The position numbers and the translations under genes are program-made. A stretch of DNA of 41,728 nt, from IMG/VR virus record IMGVR_UViG_3300022746_000001; one strand, given 5' to 3'. This DNA comes from a virus (Duplodnaviria > Heunggongvirae > Uroviricota > Caudoviricetes). Positions 17,901-26,499 of this stretch are shown here, piece after piece. The notes beneath the pieces are model-generated. The model was not told the origin of the DNA. It searched no databases and saw nothing but the letters and a program-made list of their open reading frames with translations. The number at the start of each line of letters is the position of its first letter. The stretch's first letter is position 1.

Positions 17901-19041
17901 CGCCTGCTGGCTTTGGTAAGTTGATTACGTGCGCACGTTGATACTTTGAGTTTGTTTTGCCGGAGACTGTGATGCGCGGACTGTCGCTGACAACCGTGTT
18001 GTAGCCTGTGCGCGCTTCCTGCCATGTGCTTTCGCCGTCAGAAACGTCAACGTAATACGTGTATGACTGCACGTCCGAGCGCTGGAACAGAACATCCGTG
18101 TAGGGGCCATCATTGACCGAAACTCGGAATTTGTACTCGACTGTCGTGCCGTTAATATCGCCAGTTGTTGAATCTTGCGCACGTAGAGACGGAATTGTCA
18201 CCAATACGCGAACAGAATCGGCGTTGGGGTTTGTTACCGTGACCGTATGCGGCGTGGTTGTCTTAACCTGCACACCAATGTTGTATGGCGTTTCAACGTC
18301 CGAATAGCCATCAATGGGCGTTTGTGATGAGCTGCCAGTACGCTGCTCCCAAGAGACACCGCTGAAGTTCAGCGAGCCATCAGTGTTCATTACTGGCGTG
18401 TCGTCAAAGTGAATCGACTGAGCGCCGCTAACCAGGCCGCCGATCAAACCTTCACCAATCAAGTCCAGCACGGAAATCATGGCGCGCGACTGCAAGCTAT
18501 CTGCGGCTTCAACAGCGGCGCGACCACCGCCACCACCCTTACCGCCGCCACCACCTGCGCCAGCGATCACGGGATAAGTCTCTCTGTGACCGCCATTGTG
18601 AACGCGAATACCGTCAGCGATAAACGTGTGATGGGGTTCAACCGTTAGGTTGTAGACGGGTTCGTGACCGATCAATTCAGCACCAGTGACGGGGCGCAGA
18701 TGACCCATGCCGTCCACCAGCGCATCATGCGTGGTCAGACTACCCATCTCCACAAAGCTGTTGTACTGGTTCAGAACCCAGTGGTTTGGGGTGATATGAG
18801 TTTCGCCGCGCCAGAAGGAAACCTTCAGAATTGGCTGTGGTTCAGCGTGATAGTGAACCTTTGTGACTTTTGCAAGGTGCAGCGAACCGTCTTCAGCAAA
18901 TGCCAAGACCTCATCACCCTCGCGCAGCTCTTCAATGGCAATCGTTTTGCCATGCTCAAGCTGAATCTGGGTGCCTTTGCGAAAGCAACCACCGCCGCCA
19001 CCAGCGCCGCTAATCTCGATCAAATTGTTTTCTTCGCTCAT
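14941..19041 (-). CDS. Central tail fibre / tip attachment protein (lambda gpJ-like) with N-terminal Hint domain
   Basis: DLIGEG.IGGL, NPAWVLYDLLTNTRYGLG, FGCTSRGQANRAGRWLL and PGEVIKIHD motifs, plus FN3-like segments. Hint domain at residues 19-149. Confidence 0.95.
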   Translation of the reverse strand: MSEENNLIEISGAGGGGGCFRKGTQIQLEHGKTIAIEELREGDEVLAFAEDGSLHLAKVTKVHYHAEPQPILKVSFWRGETHITPNHWVLNQYNSFVEMGSLTTHDALVDGMGHLRPVTGAELIGHEPVYNLTVEPHHTFIADGIRVHNGGHRETYPVIAGAGGGGGKGGGGGRAAVEAADSLQSRAMISVLDLIGEGLIGGLVSGAQSIHFDDTPVMNTDGSLNFSGVSWEQRTGSSSQTPIDGYSDVETPYNIGVQVKTTTPHTVTVTNPNADSVRVLVTIPSLRAQDSTTGDINGTTVEYKFRVSVNDGPYTDVLFQRSDVQSYTYYVDVSDGESTWQEARTGYNTVVSDSPRITVSGKTNSKYQRAHVINLPKPAGAVSWNIQMVRLTGDASSASISNDTYFDSFIEIVNAKLSYPNSALVGIRIDSAQFSHIPSRSYLVDGLYIQVPSNYNPTTRAYSGVWNGSMKTAISNNPAWVLYDLLTNTRYGLGNYLSPSQVDKAKLYQIGKYCDEMVPNGFGGVEPRFVVNTVVQAQAEAYKLISDLTSAFRGMAYWNGGIVGFTQDSPTDTSAVFTPSNVIDGVFNYTGSARKDRHSVVNVTWNDPNDKYRQKIEYVEDTDAIAKVGIRKTDMVAFGCTSRGQANRAGRWLLFTERLESDMIQFKVGLDAAMVVPGEVIKIHDTFRAGKRMGGRLTGCTTTTANLDAPVTLTGPGAVISIRLPDGTFTDRPVIQGAGTHSTLTWVSPLPAQPVANAVWIMAEASLTPLLARVISVAQDGLDTKQFVVTAIEHNSSKFGAIENGLKLEEPKTSVIDVNAITTPTNFIIEEHTYEVAPGLIGTKLALSWTCTMPQYEIRWRRTGKYATSWQTITTSNTSIDIDNVRKSMHEFQLVSMNSFGKRSVNVTGSYLPKGKTTAPGDVLNFQVTRRTTDLLLTWDAVTDVDVSGYEVRVGPSWDSGTIVIANFKGTMITHDQDNPGVYHYHIRSLDSGGLYSDNVTTFTLPLDAPAAVSQFDCIQSGNRLEFRWLANTENNIVGYELREGTAWRTSQFVTQVKATTYTLPSGADGTRTFWIKAIVAPGVYSDTPVFINVGVTRPQNTNVLVESNRKTLNFAGVTHGASVVSDTLVMDEGVSRAEYLFDVVLPVRFRAQNTLFTAMDSVAYESTLVWHNANFSWGSLKSNRKWRPAADDNSISALYQIATDVGLLPTDVDGWRLNGNLDSIGNRVASTHLGVSYGEGRYGQGLNVQDTTFVDWNVDIPTWFSKTFWVTPAQVTDANIVTISGGSGWLKVFYSIHDGAFKLEDNLGKQNTVPFTFVSGDKLCIGISQDGSKRSLLVGSMDGKSIGADEKPYAPIGPFTKLALY
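18595..18987 (-). other. Hint (intein-like) domain, Cys19-Asn149 of gpJ
   Basis: Begins CFRKGTQI, has block-B ITPNH, and ends VYNLTVEPHHTFIADGIRVHN. The +1 residue is Gly. Confidence 0.92.
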
Positions 19042-19048
19042 GGCGGCC

Positions 19049-19636
19049 TTACATCAGTTGATCCACCGTCACGGCGGCTGTAATTGCGTGAGAGCCTGTA
19101 AGAATTCGTCCGTAAATCAGAGGCACTGGAATGCCCTGCATTGACGTATTCACAGGCCCGTCAAAGTAGTACGAGGTTTGGTCTTTTCGTGTGGCTGCGT
19201 CATTGTTAAGCGACGGTTTTGGCGTCAGCATCTCAATCACTGAGCCAACCATCATCGACACACCAGCCATACCAATGGCTGTACCGACTGGGCCGGAGAA
19301 CCATGAAGTGCCGAAGCCGATGATTGCTAAGGTTGCGCCAATTACAAACCGCACTCCGGCGCTTGCGCCCTCAATAATCGGAACAATGTGTACCGACTTG
19401 GGTTTGCGTTCAGCCCAAAAGGTGTCGTCATCCAGCTCTTCAGTTCGCTCGTCGTCGTACTGACAGATGACTTGGTAGCGCGGATACTCAGGCAGTGAAC
19501 TCTTGATCCAATTGAACAGGCCAGGCTTGTTCGCGTCAATGATGCGAAGACCTTCAGCGATCGAAGTCGCCTCAATGTCCCACTCGCGCCCAAACTTCTT
19601 ACCGAGCGCGCCTTCCAGAATGATTAGTGTAGACAT
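19049..19636 (-). CDS. Tail assembly protein I (ubiquitin-like N-terminus)
   Basis: L.G.LGKKFGR...HIVPIIEGA and YYFDGPVNTSMQGIPVPLIYGR motifs. Start at MSTLII. Confidence 0.92.
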   Translation of the reverse strand: MSTLIILEGALGKKFGREWDIEATSIAEGLRIIDANKPGLFNWIKSSLPEYPRYQVICQYDDERTEELDDDTFWAERKPKSVHIVPIIEGASAGVRFVIGATLAIIGFGTSWFSGPVGTAIGMAGVSMMVGSVIEMLTPKPSLNNDAATRKDQTSYYFDGPVNTSMQGIPVPLIYGRILTGSHAITAAVTVDQLM

Positions 19637-20367
19637 TTCGTTTTGTGCCTCAAATGGTGCGTCGTGTGTTTTGCCCACATGCCGCCATAAACGTCACGGC
19701 GCGACAGTCGGTTCTGGCAGTGATGCAGAATCAAGTCGTCGCCGATATACGCCGCAATGTGGTTTGGAATGTCCGCCGCCACTTGCATGATGAACAGGTC
19801 GCCCACTTCAGGTTCTTGGTCAATCAAGAGTTCGAAGCCCTGCTCTGGGTAGCCTTCCGTGAAGAAGTCCAGACCTTTCTTCCAGAAGTTTTCAACTCGT
19901 GGGTATTCGCCTAGCGTGATGCCAAACTCGCGGCTGTAGTAGTCGCGAATCAGCGTGTAGCAGTCGTAAACGCCGAATAGGTATGGTCGCTCCAAGTAAT
20001 CCACTTCAGCATCAGATGGCTGAAGCGTGTGAATTGGAGTGAATGTCATGCCCTCTTCTGTCTTGTATGCGCCGATGATGAACCATTCGACACCAGATGA
20101 ATTGCAGCCTGCAACGTCTGCTGGCGAAGGGTTGGCTGGTAGCTCAACATGCGTATGCCAGATGCCGATAACCTCACCCTGATTCGCCGCCTTCACGTAG
20201 TCGTGCGGGTCGATTCGAAAGTAATTGCGAGGATCGCTGGCGATGTTTTTGCAAGGAATGATGATTGCTTTCTTGCCGGCAGACACGACTACCCCACACG
20301 ATTCATTGGGGTAGTTCAGTTCCGCCTGCTGGCGCATCACCTCTTCAAGATCGTTGTGATTAACCAT
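19624..20367 (-). CDS. Tail assembly protein K (JAB/MPN + NlpC/P60)
   Basis: YPNESCG, WHTH...PSPAD JAB motif, then FGVYDCYTLIRDYY and NHIAAYIG...ILHH NlpC motifs. Confidence 0.95.
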   Translation of the reverse strand: MVNHNDLEEVMRQQAELNYPNESCGVVVSAGKKAIIIPCKNIASDPRNYFRIDPHDYVKAANQGEVIGIWHTHVELPANPSPADVAGCNSSGVEWFIIGAYKTEEGMTFTPIHTLQPSDAEVDYLERPYLFGVYDCYTLIRDYYSREFGITLGEYPRVENFWKKGLDFFTEGYPEQGFELLIDQEPEVGDLFIMQVAADIPNHIAAYIGDDLILHHCQNRLSRRDVYGGMWAKHTTHHLRHKTKCLH

Positions 20368-21052
20368 TGCGCACCGCCCCTGGGAAGCCACCGTAGGGCA
20401 GCGTTGCGTTTGAACCGTAACGGCAGCGGCAAGAAGACAGCCGCTTGGCGCATGAGTCTTGGCTCTTGTCTGTTGTCGCTACGTCATTGGTTGTGTAGTA
20501 GCCACCTGTCCAGCCGCATTCGGGGCCACGGTACTTCCACACACATGCGTTCTGAATGATTTGACGGTACGGCAGCATTACACCTTGAAGGTCAAATGCC
20601 GATGCCAGTTCCCACTCAACAACGTAGCGGTTTTCCGACAGCTTGCGCTCGACGAACCAAACGTCATCAATCAGGCTTTGATTAGGGTCTGCGTCTGGAT
20701 TACCTTCGGGGAAGTTGACAGAATCCAGATAGCGAGTAAATGTGCGCTTGCGAATGACTTTGCAGCCAACCAAGTCGTCATAGGTTCGCAGCTCCGCCGA
20801 GAACATGCCATTGATGTTTGCAGCGCGCAGTTTTGGGCGAGGCAAAGAACCCTTCGTCGTGATTTCGAAACCTTCGCTCTCGATTGGCAACGGCATGTAG
20901 GTGACGCCCTGCCACACTACTGGCTGCTGTAGCTTATTGGTTCCAGCGTGGAAGTAAAGCGGACTGCCGCCAGCTACCGAACTCAGGTCGAGAACGAAAA
21001 GCTCGATGAGTGCGGTAGGCGATAGGGATTGAATCTCTGCGGCAATTGTCAT
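20360..21052 (-). CDS. Minor tail protein L
   Basis: PRPKLRAANING..., RKRTF.RYLD.VNF, ELASAFD, and C-terminal Cys cluster (C..YRGPECG...C.KRLSSCRCR...GGFPG). Confidence 0.96.
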   Translation of the reverse strand: MTIAAEIQSLSPTALIELFVLDLSSVAGGSPLYFHAGTNKLQQPVVWQGVTYMPLPIESEGFEITTKGSLPRPKLRAANINGMFSAELRTYDDLVGCKVIRKRTFTRYLDSVNFPEGNPDADPNQSLIDDVWFVERKLSENRYVVEWELASAFDLQGVMLPYRQIIQNACVWKYRGPECGWTGGYYTTNDVATTDKSQDSCAKRLSSCRCRYGSNATLPYGGFPGAVRNG

Positions 21053-21054
21053 CT

Positions 21055-21390
21055 TTAGTATTCAAATACTTGTTCAAACTTGCAGCTAACCTCAATCGTG
21101 CCGCCATTCTGAGACGTGCTGTATGAGCGACACACGAATGTGCCCTCTTCTGACAATGGGGTTGTCCAGGTGAAAGCCTCGGAAGCGCCACGCGCCTTCA
21201 GGAACGCGATGATTGCGCCGGCCTCCGTGTAGCTCCGCTCGAACTTCAAACTCCACTTTTGTGGCTGGTTGTTGATGCCGGCAGGAACACGCAATTCGTA
21301 CCCGTCACCAAACTTGGTGACGTTTACTTTTGGCTCAACGTCTTGTTGGGAACCCCGATCAGGGAACCAAGTGAATACTGGCTTTGTCAT
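21055..21390 (-). CDS. Minor tail protein M
   Basis: FGDGYELR..AGIN...W.L.F...I..FL..RG..EAF.WT.P and F.QVF motifs. Confidence 0.95.
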   Translation of the reverse strand: MTKPVFTWFPDRGSQQDVEPKVNVTKFGDGYELRVPAGINNQPQKWSLKFERSYTEAGAIIAFLKARGASEAFTWTTPLSEEGTFVCRSYSTSQNGGTIEVSCKFEQVFEY

Positions 21391-21397
21391 GGCTGCG

Positions 21398-21427
21398 ATT
21401 ATAAGTCACTGGTTACTTATAAAGCAA
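21398..21427 (-). promoter_or_regulatory. Promoter TTGCTT-N18-TATAAT with operator TAAGTCAC-TG-GTTACTTA (21402-21419) in the spacer
   Basis: Perfect -10, only 7 nt before the gpM ATG. Confidence 0.72.
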
Positions 21428-24400
21428 ACCGCCAGGACGGGTTTGAGTGACAAGCTCAGTGCGAACAACGTCCTTCACTTTGTTTGCCATCGAAGTCCAG
21501 TCTTGGGCGCTATCGCCGGAAGCTGACGCATTAGATGTGCCATCTTTGTTCACGACAATGTTGATGCTCACGTTTGTGCCAGTGGCGGCAGCGCTGTTTG
21601 CGATACCTTGAGGCGCGCTCATGGTCACGGGGATGGAGCGACCGTCCGGCAGCGGAACGTAGGCTTCATTCATGCTGCCCTCGCCGAACAACGCCAGTTG
21701 TGGGCTTGTTGCTACGCCACCATTAGCGTAAGCCTTCAGTGACAGTGGGCCGGACGAAGTCATGATGCCGCCGTCGGCAAACGCTGCACCTGCGGCTGAC
21801 GTAGTGACCATTTCAGCCATTGCTGCGCTAACCACCGCCACCATTTCGCCCATCGAGCTTGTGGTGACGAGGCTCATTTCGCCCATCGCGGTAGTCAACC
21901 CAGTCATGCCAGTTGTCATTTCGGTCACAACGGTGGTCATGGCTGTAGTCGTTTCCGCAGTCATGGTTGTCATGGCTGTCGTCACGGCCGCCGTCTGAGC
22001 TGCGCCGGTAGTTGCGCCGGTTGCGGCTGTAGTAGCTGCACCTGTCGCGGCCGAGGTTGCGGCCGAAGTCGTTGCTGCTGCGGCAGCTTGTTGACCAGCG
22101 CCAGCCATCATCCCCTTGCCGATGCCCTTCACCAAACTACCAAGCATATCTGCCAGCGGTTCTGCAAATTGCTTCTGCAAGAAGATTTTGTAGACTTGGG
22201 TTGCCATGTCAGCAACCATTTTGCGCCACTCAACTTTGCCGCCAGTGGTCAGCGTAACCATCGTGTCGATGAAGCTATTAGCCCAGTTTGCAGACAGGCG
22301 GTTCATCTGATCCACGGTGTTCTGCCAACCGTTTGTCAGACGATCTAGTTCAGTCATTGAACCAGTACGCATCTGCACATTGGCGCGCTCTTGCGCGATT
22401 GTGCGAGCTTCTGTCGCACGAATCATCACATCGTTGAAGCGCTTGACAGCTTCTTCAGTATTGCCTGCCTTTTGCAGCTCATCCTGCGCCAGACGCTGAC
22501 GCAAGTTGTATTGCTCGTTGATCCGAGCCATCTCATTTTCATGAGCGCGTTTCTTTTGATCTTCCAGACTTGCGGTGAGGTTGTACTCTTCCTCTTTAGC
22601 CTTGCGCAGCTTTTCGGCTTCGTCAGCGTAAGCGTTGTTTGCGGCCGTCATCATCGTGTCAGCCACGAGTTCGGCGCGCGCCTGCTGGTATACCTTCAGG
22701 TTCTCTTTAGCTGAGAGATACTTAGCCTCTTCTTTGTCCAGCGCTTTGATGAGCGACAGCGTTGCAGTCTCTTCTTTTGCCAGACCTTGAGTGGCATAGC
22801 GCTCTTCAGAAGCAGCCAGCGCATCCTTGGCAGCCGCAGCTTTGCCGCGAATGTCGGTGATGAGCTTTTGAGCCTCTGGGATTGAATTAAGTGTCGTTCT
22901 CTCTTCGATGATGCCCTTGAGCGACTTCTTGACCGCCGCATCCATCGTGTCGATGGAGTCGATGAACTTGCCAATATCGGTGTTGCCTTCGGCGAGATAC
23001 TGACGCAGACGAGCGACGTATTGACCGCGATCGGCACCGCCGCGACGTTCAACTTGGGTCTTGCCATCTTCATTCTTGACGGTCTTGTCAAACTCGCCCT
23101 TGGCAACCTTACCCATCAATTCCAGGGCGGTCTCTTGACGAATCTGGTCGATGCCGCGAACACCGCGAACCGTTGCTTCCAGTTTGGCTTGAGCTGCGGC
23201 CACTTGACCTTCGAGGTCGAGCAGCATCTCGGCCAATGGGTCACGTTTGCGACCCTCGCCTTTACCACCCAGAACCGCCGTAAAGCCGATGCGAGACTGC
23301 TGGTACTTGGTCTCCAGCGAATCACGCATTTTGCCCATCTCAACGATACCGACTTCGAGGGCTTTCGCCTCTTCTTCGCTCATCTTCAATTGTCCGTCTT
23401 TGAACAATTGCAGGTTGCGGCGCTTTTCGCGTGTGAGGTTGTCGATCGCCACTTTTTCGGCGTCGATTTGTTCGCGGTTCAGTTGATCGCGGCGTTCGTT
23501 GTACTTTGTGATGACAGCCTTGCGTTTAGCTTGGTTGTCACCCATCAACTTCAGTTCTTCATCTTCCTGATTCTTCAGTTCGATGTAGCGCTGACGGAAC
23601 ACTGAGCCAGCGTCATCTTTGACGTTGTCCACTTCGGCGCGCAGACCCTGCACCAGCGAAGCGACGTTGTTGCGGCCGGCGATTTTCTTGGCGCGCTCAA
23701 GTTGCTCTTCCATCTGGTCAACTTGGGTGCGCAGCTCGTCAATCCACTGGCTCTTCTTCTTAGTTACATCCTTGCCGTCTTTGTCGGTGAAGGTGATTTC
23801 GCGGCTTGCGCTGCCACCTTGTGTGAGCAAAGATTCCAGGCGCGCTTTCTTCACACCCAGTTCAGCTTGGATATTGGCGACGCTGGCGTTGTCTGCGAAA
23901 CCTTTGTTCAGGTCTTCAATCGCCTTGTACGCTTTGCGCATACGGTCAGCCGACTTCTCGGCCGCCTCACCGATCTTGTTCCAAATCCAGATTACGCCTT
24001 CTACGGCCGCTGTCACGAGGGCGAACTGCACACCCATCGCCACCAGCGACAGAGTGAAGCCTTTCAGTGAAGACCATAGACCCTCCAGAACAGCTTTCAT
24101 GCCGCCCCAGACACCCGACAGAGTGCCGGCGCCCATGCTCAATTTAGTTTGTGCGGCTGCGGCCATCTCTGCGGCCGTCGCTTGTTGCGCGAGAGCGGCG
24201 TTCTGACCGTGAATGGCGTGAGTAGATTCGTCAATGAACTTGCTGTGACGCTGCTCCAGCGCAATGAGACGTTCTTTCTCTTTGATCGAGCGTTGGATTG
24301 CGGCAATTTCTGCATCAATCGTAGCTGCTGCACCGCCGGCCACGCCAGCGTTCGCGCGGAAGCGATCGGCTTCTGCTTGCATCTCACGAGCGAGTGCTGC

Positions 24401-25804
24401 CGTGCCAGCCTTCTTGCGACGCATCATTTCTTCAGCGGCAAGTTCTTTCGCCATCGTCTGCGCGAGGAACTGCTCTTGCAGCGCCATCATTTCGGCGTAG
24501 CGGTCGCGGCGCTCCAGAATCAGTTTGCGCGATTGCTCGATTTCCGATTCCATCTCACGCGCGTTCGCCAAGTGCTGTGCAGTCTTGGTCGAGTTCAGAG
24601 ATTGGATTTGCTTTTCGTTTGCTTCGATACGGAAGCGCAGTTCGTTGGCTTTGATAGCCTCCATGCGCTTCACGTCTTCTTGTTCTTGAATCAGGTTGTC
24701 ACGCGCCGCTGCACGGGCTGTTGCGAAGGCAGCGATGATGCCGTCAGCTCCTGATTTGAATGGGGCGACCATGCTGGCAACTTTGGATACCAGCAGCGCC
24801 GTGATTGCAGCCTGAATCTCGTCAGAGTATTTGACGATGAAGTCCTTGACGGTCGCGAAGATGCGAACCAAGTCTTCCAGCAGATTGCCGAGCTTGTTCG
24901 CCCACGATTCAGCCGTTGTGGTGTCGAAGGCGTCGATGATCTTCTTCAGTTCTTGACGTGCGGCTTCGAAGCCACCTGTCTTGCCGACTTCAACCTTAAA
25001 CATTTCCCACTTGGTCTTGAGCTTTTCAATTTGCCCGTTCCAAGTGTCCATCATGTCTTTAGCGTAGCCAGCGTTCTGCATCTCCATCTGGAAGAACATC
25101 TTGGACAGACCTTGCTGTGCATCGACAACGCCCTGACCAACTTTCTTTGCCAGATCAGCGACAGACAAGCCAAGACCTTCAGACATTAACTGCATCGCAT
25201 TAGGCATTGCTTCACCCAACTGCTGACGCAATTCTTCCATCGAGATTACGCCCTTACCTGCCATCTGTTGAATAGCGATGGAAGCGCGGTGCATAATGTC
25301 CGATGTGCCACCGAACTTAGCGATGGAGTTTGTGAGTGCCTGGAGCTTACCGTCCGTTGGGTCGAGACCGGCGGTCTTCAACTTGACGAACGAATCTGTC
25401 AGGGCTTTAACCTCAAATGGCGCATTCTGCGCCAGGTTGAAAACGAACTTGACGCCGGCAGCCGCTTCAGCTTTACGCTTGTAGTCGTCTGTCTCGGCGC
25501 TGAGACCTTCCATGAGTTTGGTGAGACGTTCAATCTCGCCAGAGGTCTTGAGAACGGCCTTGGGGAAGGCAAGGAATACGTCGTTCAGGTCAGCCATTGC
25601 GAAGCGCAACAGCGACATGGTGAAGACTGTATCGTGGAACTTTTTGCCGAGCGAGGTGAAGTGAGTTTCGAGGTTACGGGCAGACACTGCGGTCTGTTCC
25701 ATACTCCGCTTCATTTCGGACAACACTTGATTATTCTTGACCGTTTTGATCGAGAAGTCTTTGTCGTCCAGCGTCATTACGACTTTGATTTCACCGCCTA
25801 GCAT
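21413..25804 (-). CDS. Tape measure protein (1463 aa)
   Basis: Long helical protein between the chaperones and gpM. Tape-measure domain (IQQMAGKGVISMEELRQQLGEAMP) and C-terminal FADGG...ALFGEGSMNEAYVPL. Confidence 0.96.
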   Translation of the reverse strand: MLGGEIKVVMTLDDKDFSIKTVKNNQVLSEMKRSMEQTAVSARNLETHFTSLGKKFHDTVFTMSLLRFAMADLNDVFLAFPKAVLKTSGEIERLTKLMEGLSAETDDYKRKAEAAAGVKFVFNLAQNAPFEVKALTDSFVKLKTAGLDPTDGKLQALTNSIAKFGGTSDIMHRASIAIQQMAGKGVISMEELRQQLGEAMPNAMQLMSEGLGLSVADLAKKVGQGVVDAQQGLSKMFFQMEMQNAGYAKDMMDTWNGQIEKLKTKWEMFKVEVGKTGGFEAARQELKKIIDAFDTTTAESWANKLGNLLEDLVRIFATVKDFIVKYSDEIQAAITALLVSKVASMVAPFKSGADGIIAAFATARAAARDNLIQEQEDVKRMEAIKANELRFRIEANEKQIQSLNSTKTAQHLANAREMESEIEQSRKLILERRDRYAEMMALQEQFLAQTMAKELAAEEMMRRKKAGTAALAREMQAEADRFRANAGVAGGAAATIDAEIAAIQRSIKEKERLIALEQRHSKFIDESTHAIHGQNAALAQQATAAEMAAAAQTKLSMGAGTLSGVWGGMKAVLEGLWSSLKGFTLSLVAMGVQFALVTAAVEGVIWIWNKIGEAAEKSADRMRKAYKAIEDLNKGFADNASVANIQAELGVKKARLESLLTQGGSASREITFTDKDGKDVTKKKSQWIDELRTQVDQMEEQLERAKKIAGRNNVASLVQGLRAEVDNVKDDAGSVFRQRYIELKNQEDEELKLMGDNQAKRKAVITKYNERRDQLNREQIDAEKVAIDNLTREKRRNLQLFKDGQLKMSEEEAKALEVGIVEMGKMRDSLETKYQQSRIGFTAVLGGKGEGRKRDPLAEMLLDLEGQVAAAQAKLEATVRGVRGIDQIRQETALELMGKVAKGEFDKTVKNEDGKTQVERRGGADRGQYVARLRQYLAEGNTDIGKFIDSIDTMDAAVKKSLKGIIEERTTLNSIPEAQKLITDIRGKAAAAKDALAASEERYATQGLAKEETATLSLIKALDKEEAKYLSAKENLKVYQQARAELVADTMMTAANNAYADEAEKLRKAKEEEYNLTASLEDQKKRAHENEMARINEQYNLRQRLAQDELQKAGNTEEAVKRFNDVMIRATEARTIAQERANVQMRTGSMTELDRLTNGWQNTVDQMNRLSANWANSFIDTMVTLTTGGKVEWRKMVADMATQVYKIFLQKQFAEPLADMLGSLVKGIGKGMMAGAGQQAAAAATTSAATSAATGAATTAATGATTGAAQTAAVTTAMTTMTAETTTAMTTVVTEMTTGMTGLTTAMGEMSLVTTSSMGEMVAVVSAAMAEMVTTSAAGAAFADGGIMTSSGPLSLKAYANGGVATSPQLALFGEGSMNEAYVPLPDGRSIPVTMSAPQGIANSAAATGTNVSINIVVNKDGTSNASASGDSAQDWTSMANKVKDVVRTELVTQTRPGGLLYK

Positions 25805-25816
25805 GAGCGTTCCTTT

Positions 25817-26155
25817 TTACATCATGGCCGCAGCCAACATCTTCAATTCCTTAAACCCCTCCTCGTCACGCACGGCGTCTGGGACGACCGGCTCCTTCAC
25901 CACATCTCCAAGCTCGATGACAAGTCTTTCGTGATGTTCTTTGAACGCTTCACCGCCCTGCGAGGTTATCGCGACCGACATGGCGCGCATGTCGTTTTGG
26001 GCTTGAATGCGACGAACATTCTCACTCATCATCCAGAACGTCTTCATGGGCATCCGAAGAACATCCCAATAAGACATTGCGTAAAAGTGACTGACTCGAC
26101 AAAACAGGAAGGCGAAATCGACTTCCTGCGCTGGCAAGCCCTTTAAGCGTTTCCC
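25817..26155 (-). CDS. Tail assembly chaperone T frame (C-terminal part of G-T fusion, reached by -1 frameshift)
   Basis: The -1 frame at GGGAAAC reads GKRLKGLPAQEVDFAFLFC, which is continuous with ORF 25817-26137. Confidence 0.85.
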   Translation of the reverse strand, partial: GKRLKGLPAQEVDFAFLFCRVSHFYAMSYWDVLRMPMKTFWMMSENVRRIQAQNDMRAMSVAITSQGGEAFKEHHERLVIELGDVVKEPVVPDAVRDEEGFKELKMLAAAMM

Positions 26156-26475
26156 TCGTTCACCGCCGCTTGTTCAGCTTCGATGATCTTCTCTGGGTCG
26201 GCGCCGCGAATGAACGCAGTCAAGCCGCGCAGTTGTTCGAGCGATAGACCCATCAGGACAGTCTCTTCAATCTCAGGAATCGAACGCTTGATGAGGCGAA
26301 TCGTTTCCTGAATTTGTTTTGCGTAGCTGCTTTCAGTCTCCATCTGTTCAGCAGTGCGCGTTGTTTCGATGAAATCTTCCACGGACATTTCTTTGATCGG
26401 ATATGTCTTGCCACCGATTTGCACTTCGCGAGTTTCTTTTGCGCTCAGTGTGTCCAGGTTTAAGATTTTTGCCAT
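26143..26475 (-). CDS. Tail assembly chaperone G
   Basis: Lies between tube and TMP. Start MAKILNL has an AAGGAG RBS. Slippery site just before the stop. Confidence 0.9.
   Translation of the reverse strand: MAKILNLDTLSAKETREVQIGGKTYPIKEMSVEDFIETTRTAEQMETESSYAKQIQETIRLIKRSIPEIEETVLMGLSLEQLRGLTAFIRGADPEKIIEAEQAAVNEGNA
26149..26155 (-). other. Programmed -1 ribosomal frameshift site G GGA AAC
   Basis: X XXY YYZ heptamer in the correct phase (GAG GGA AAC GCT TAA). Confidence 0.88.
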
Positions 26476-26499
26476 GTTTACTCCTTGTGTTCCTCTAAT

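Noticed and set aside
18595-18987. Canonical mobile intein
   Set aside because: The +1 residue is Gly, there is no endonuclease domain, and the site is not a conserved enzyme motif. Reported instead as an intein-like Hint domain.
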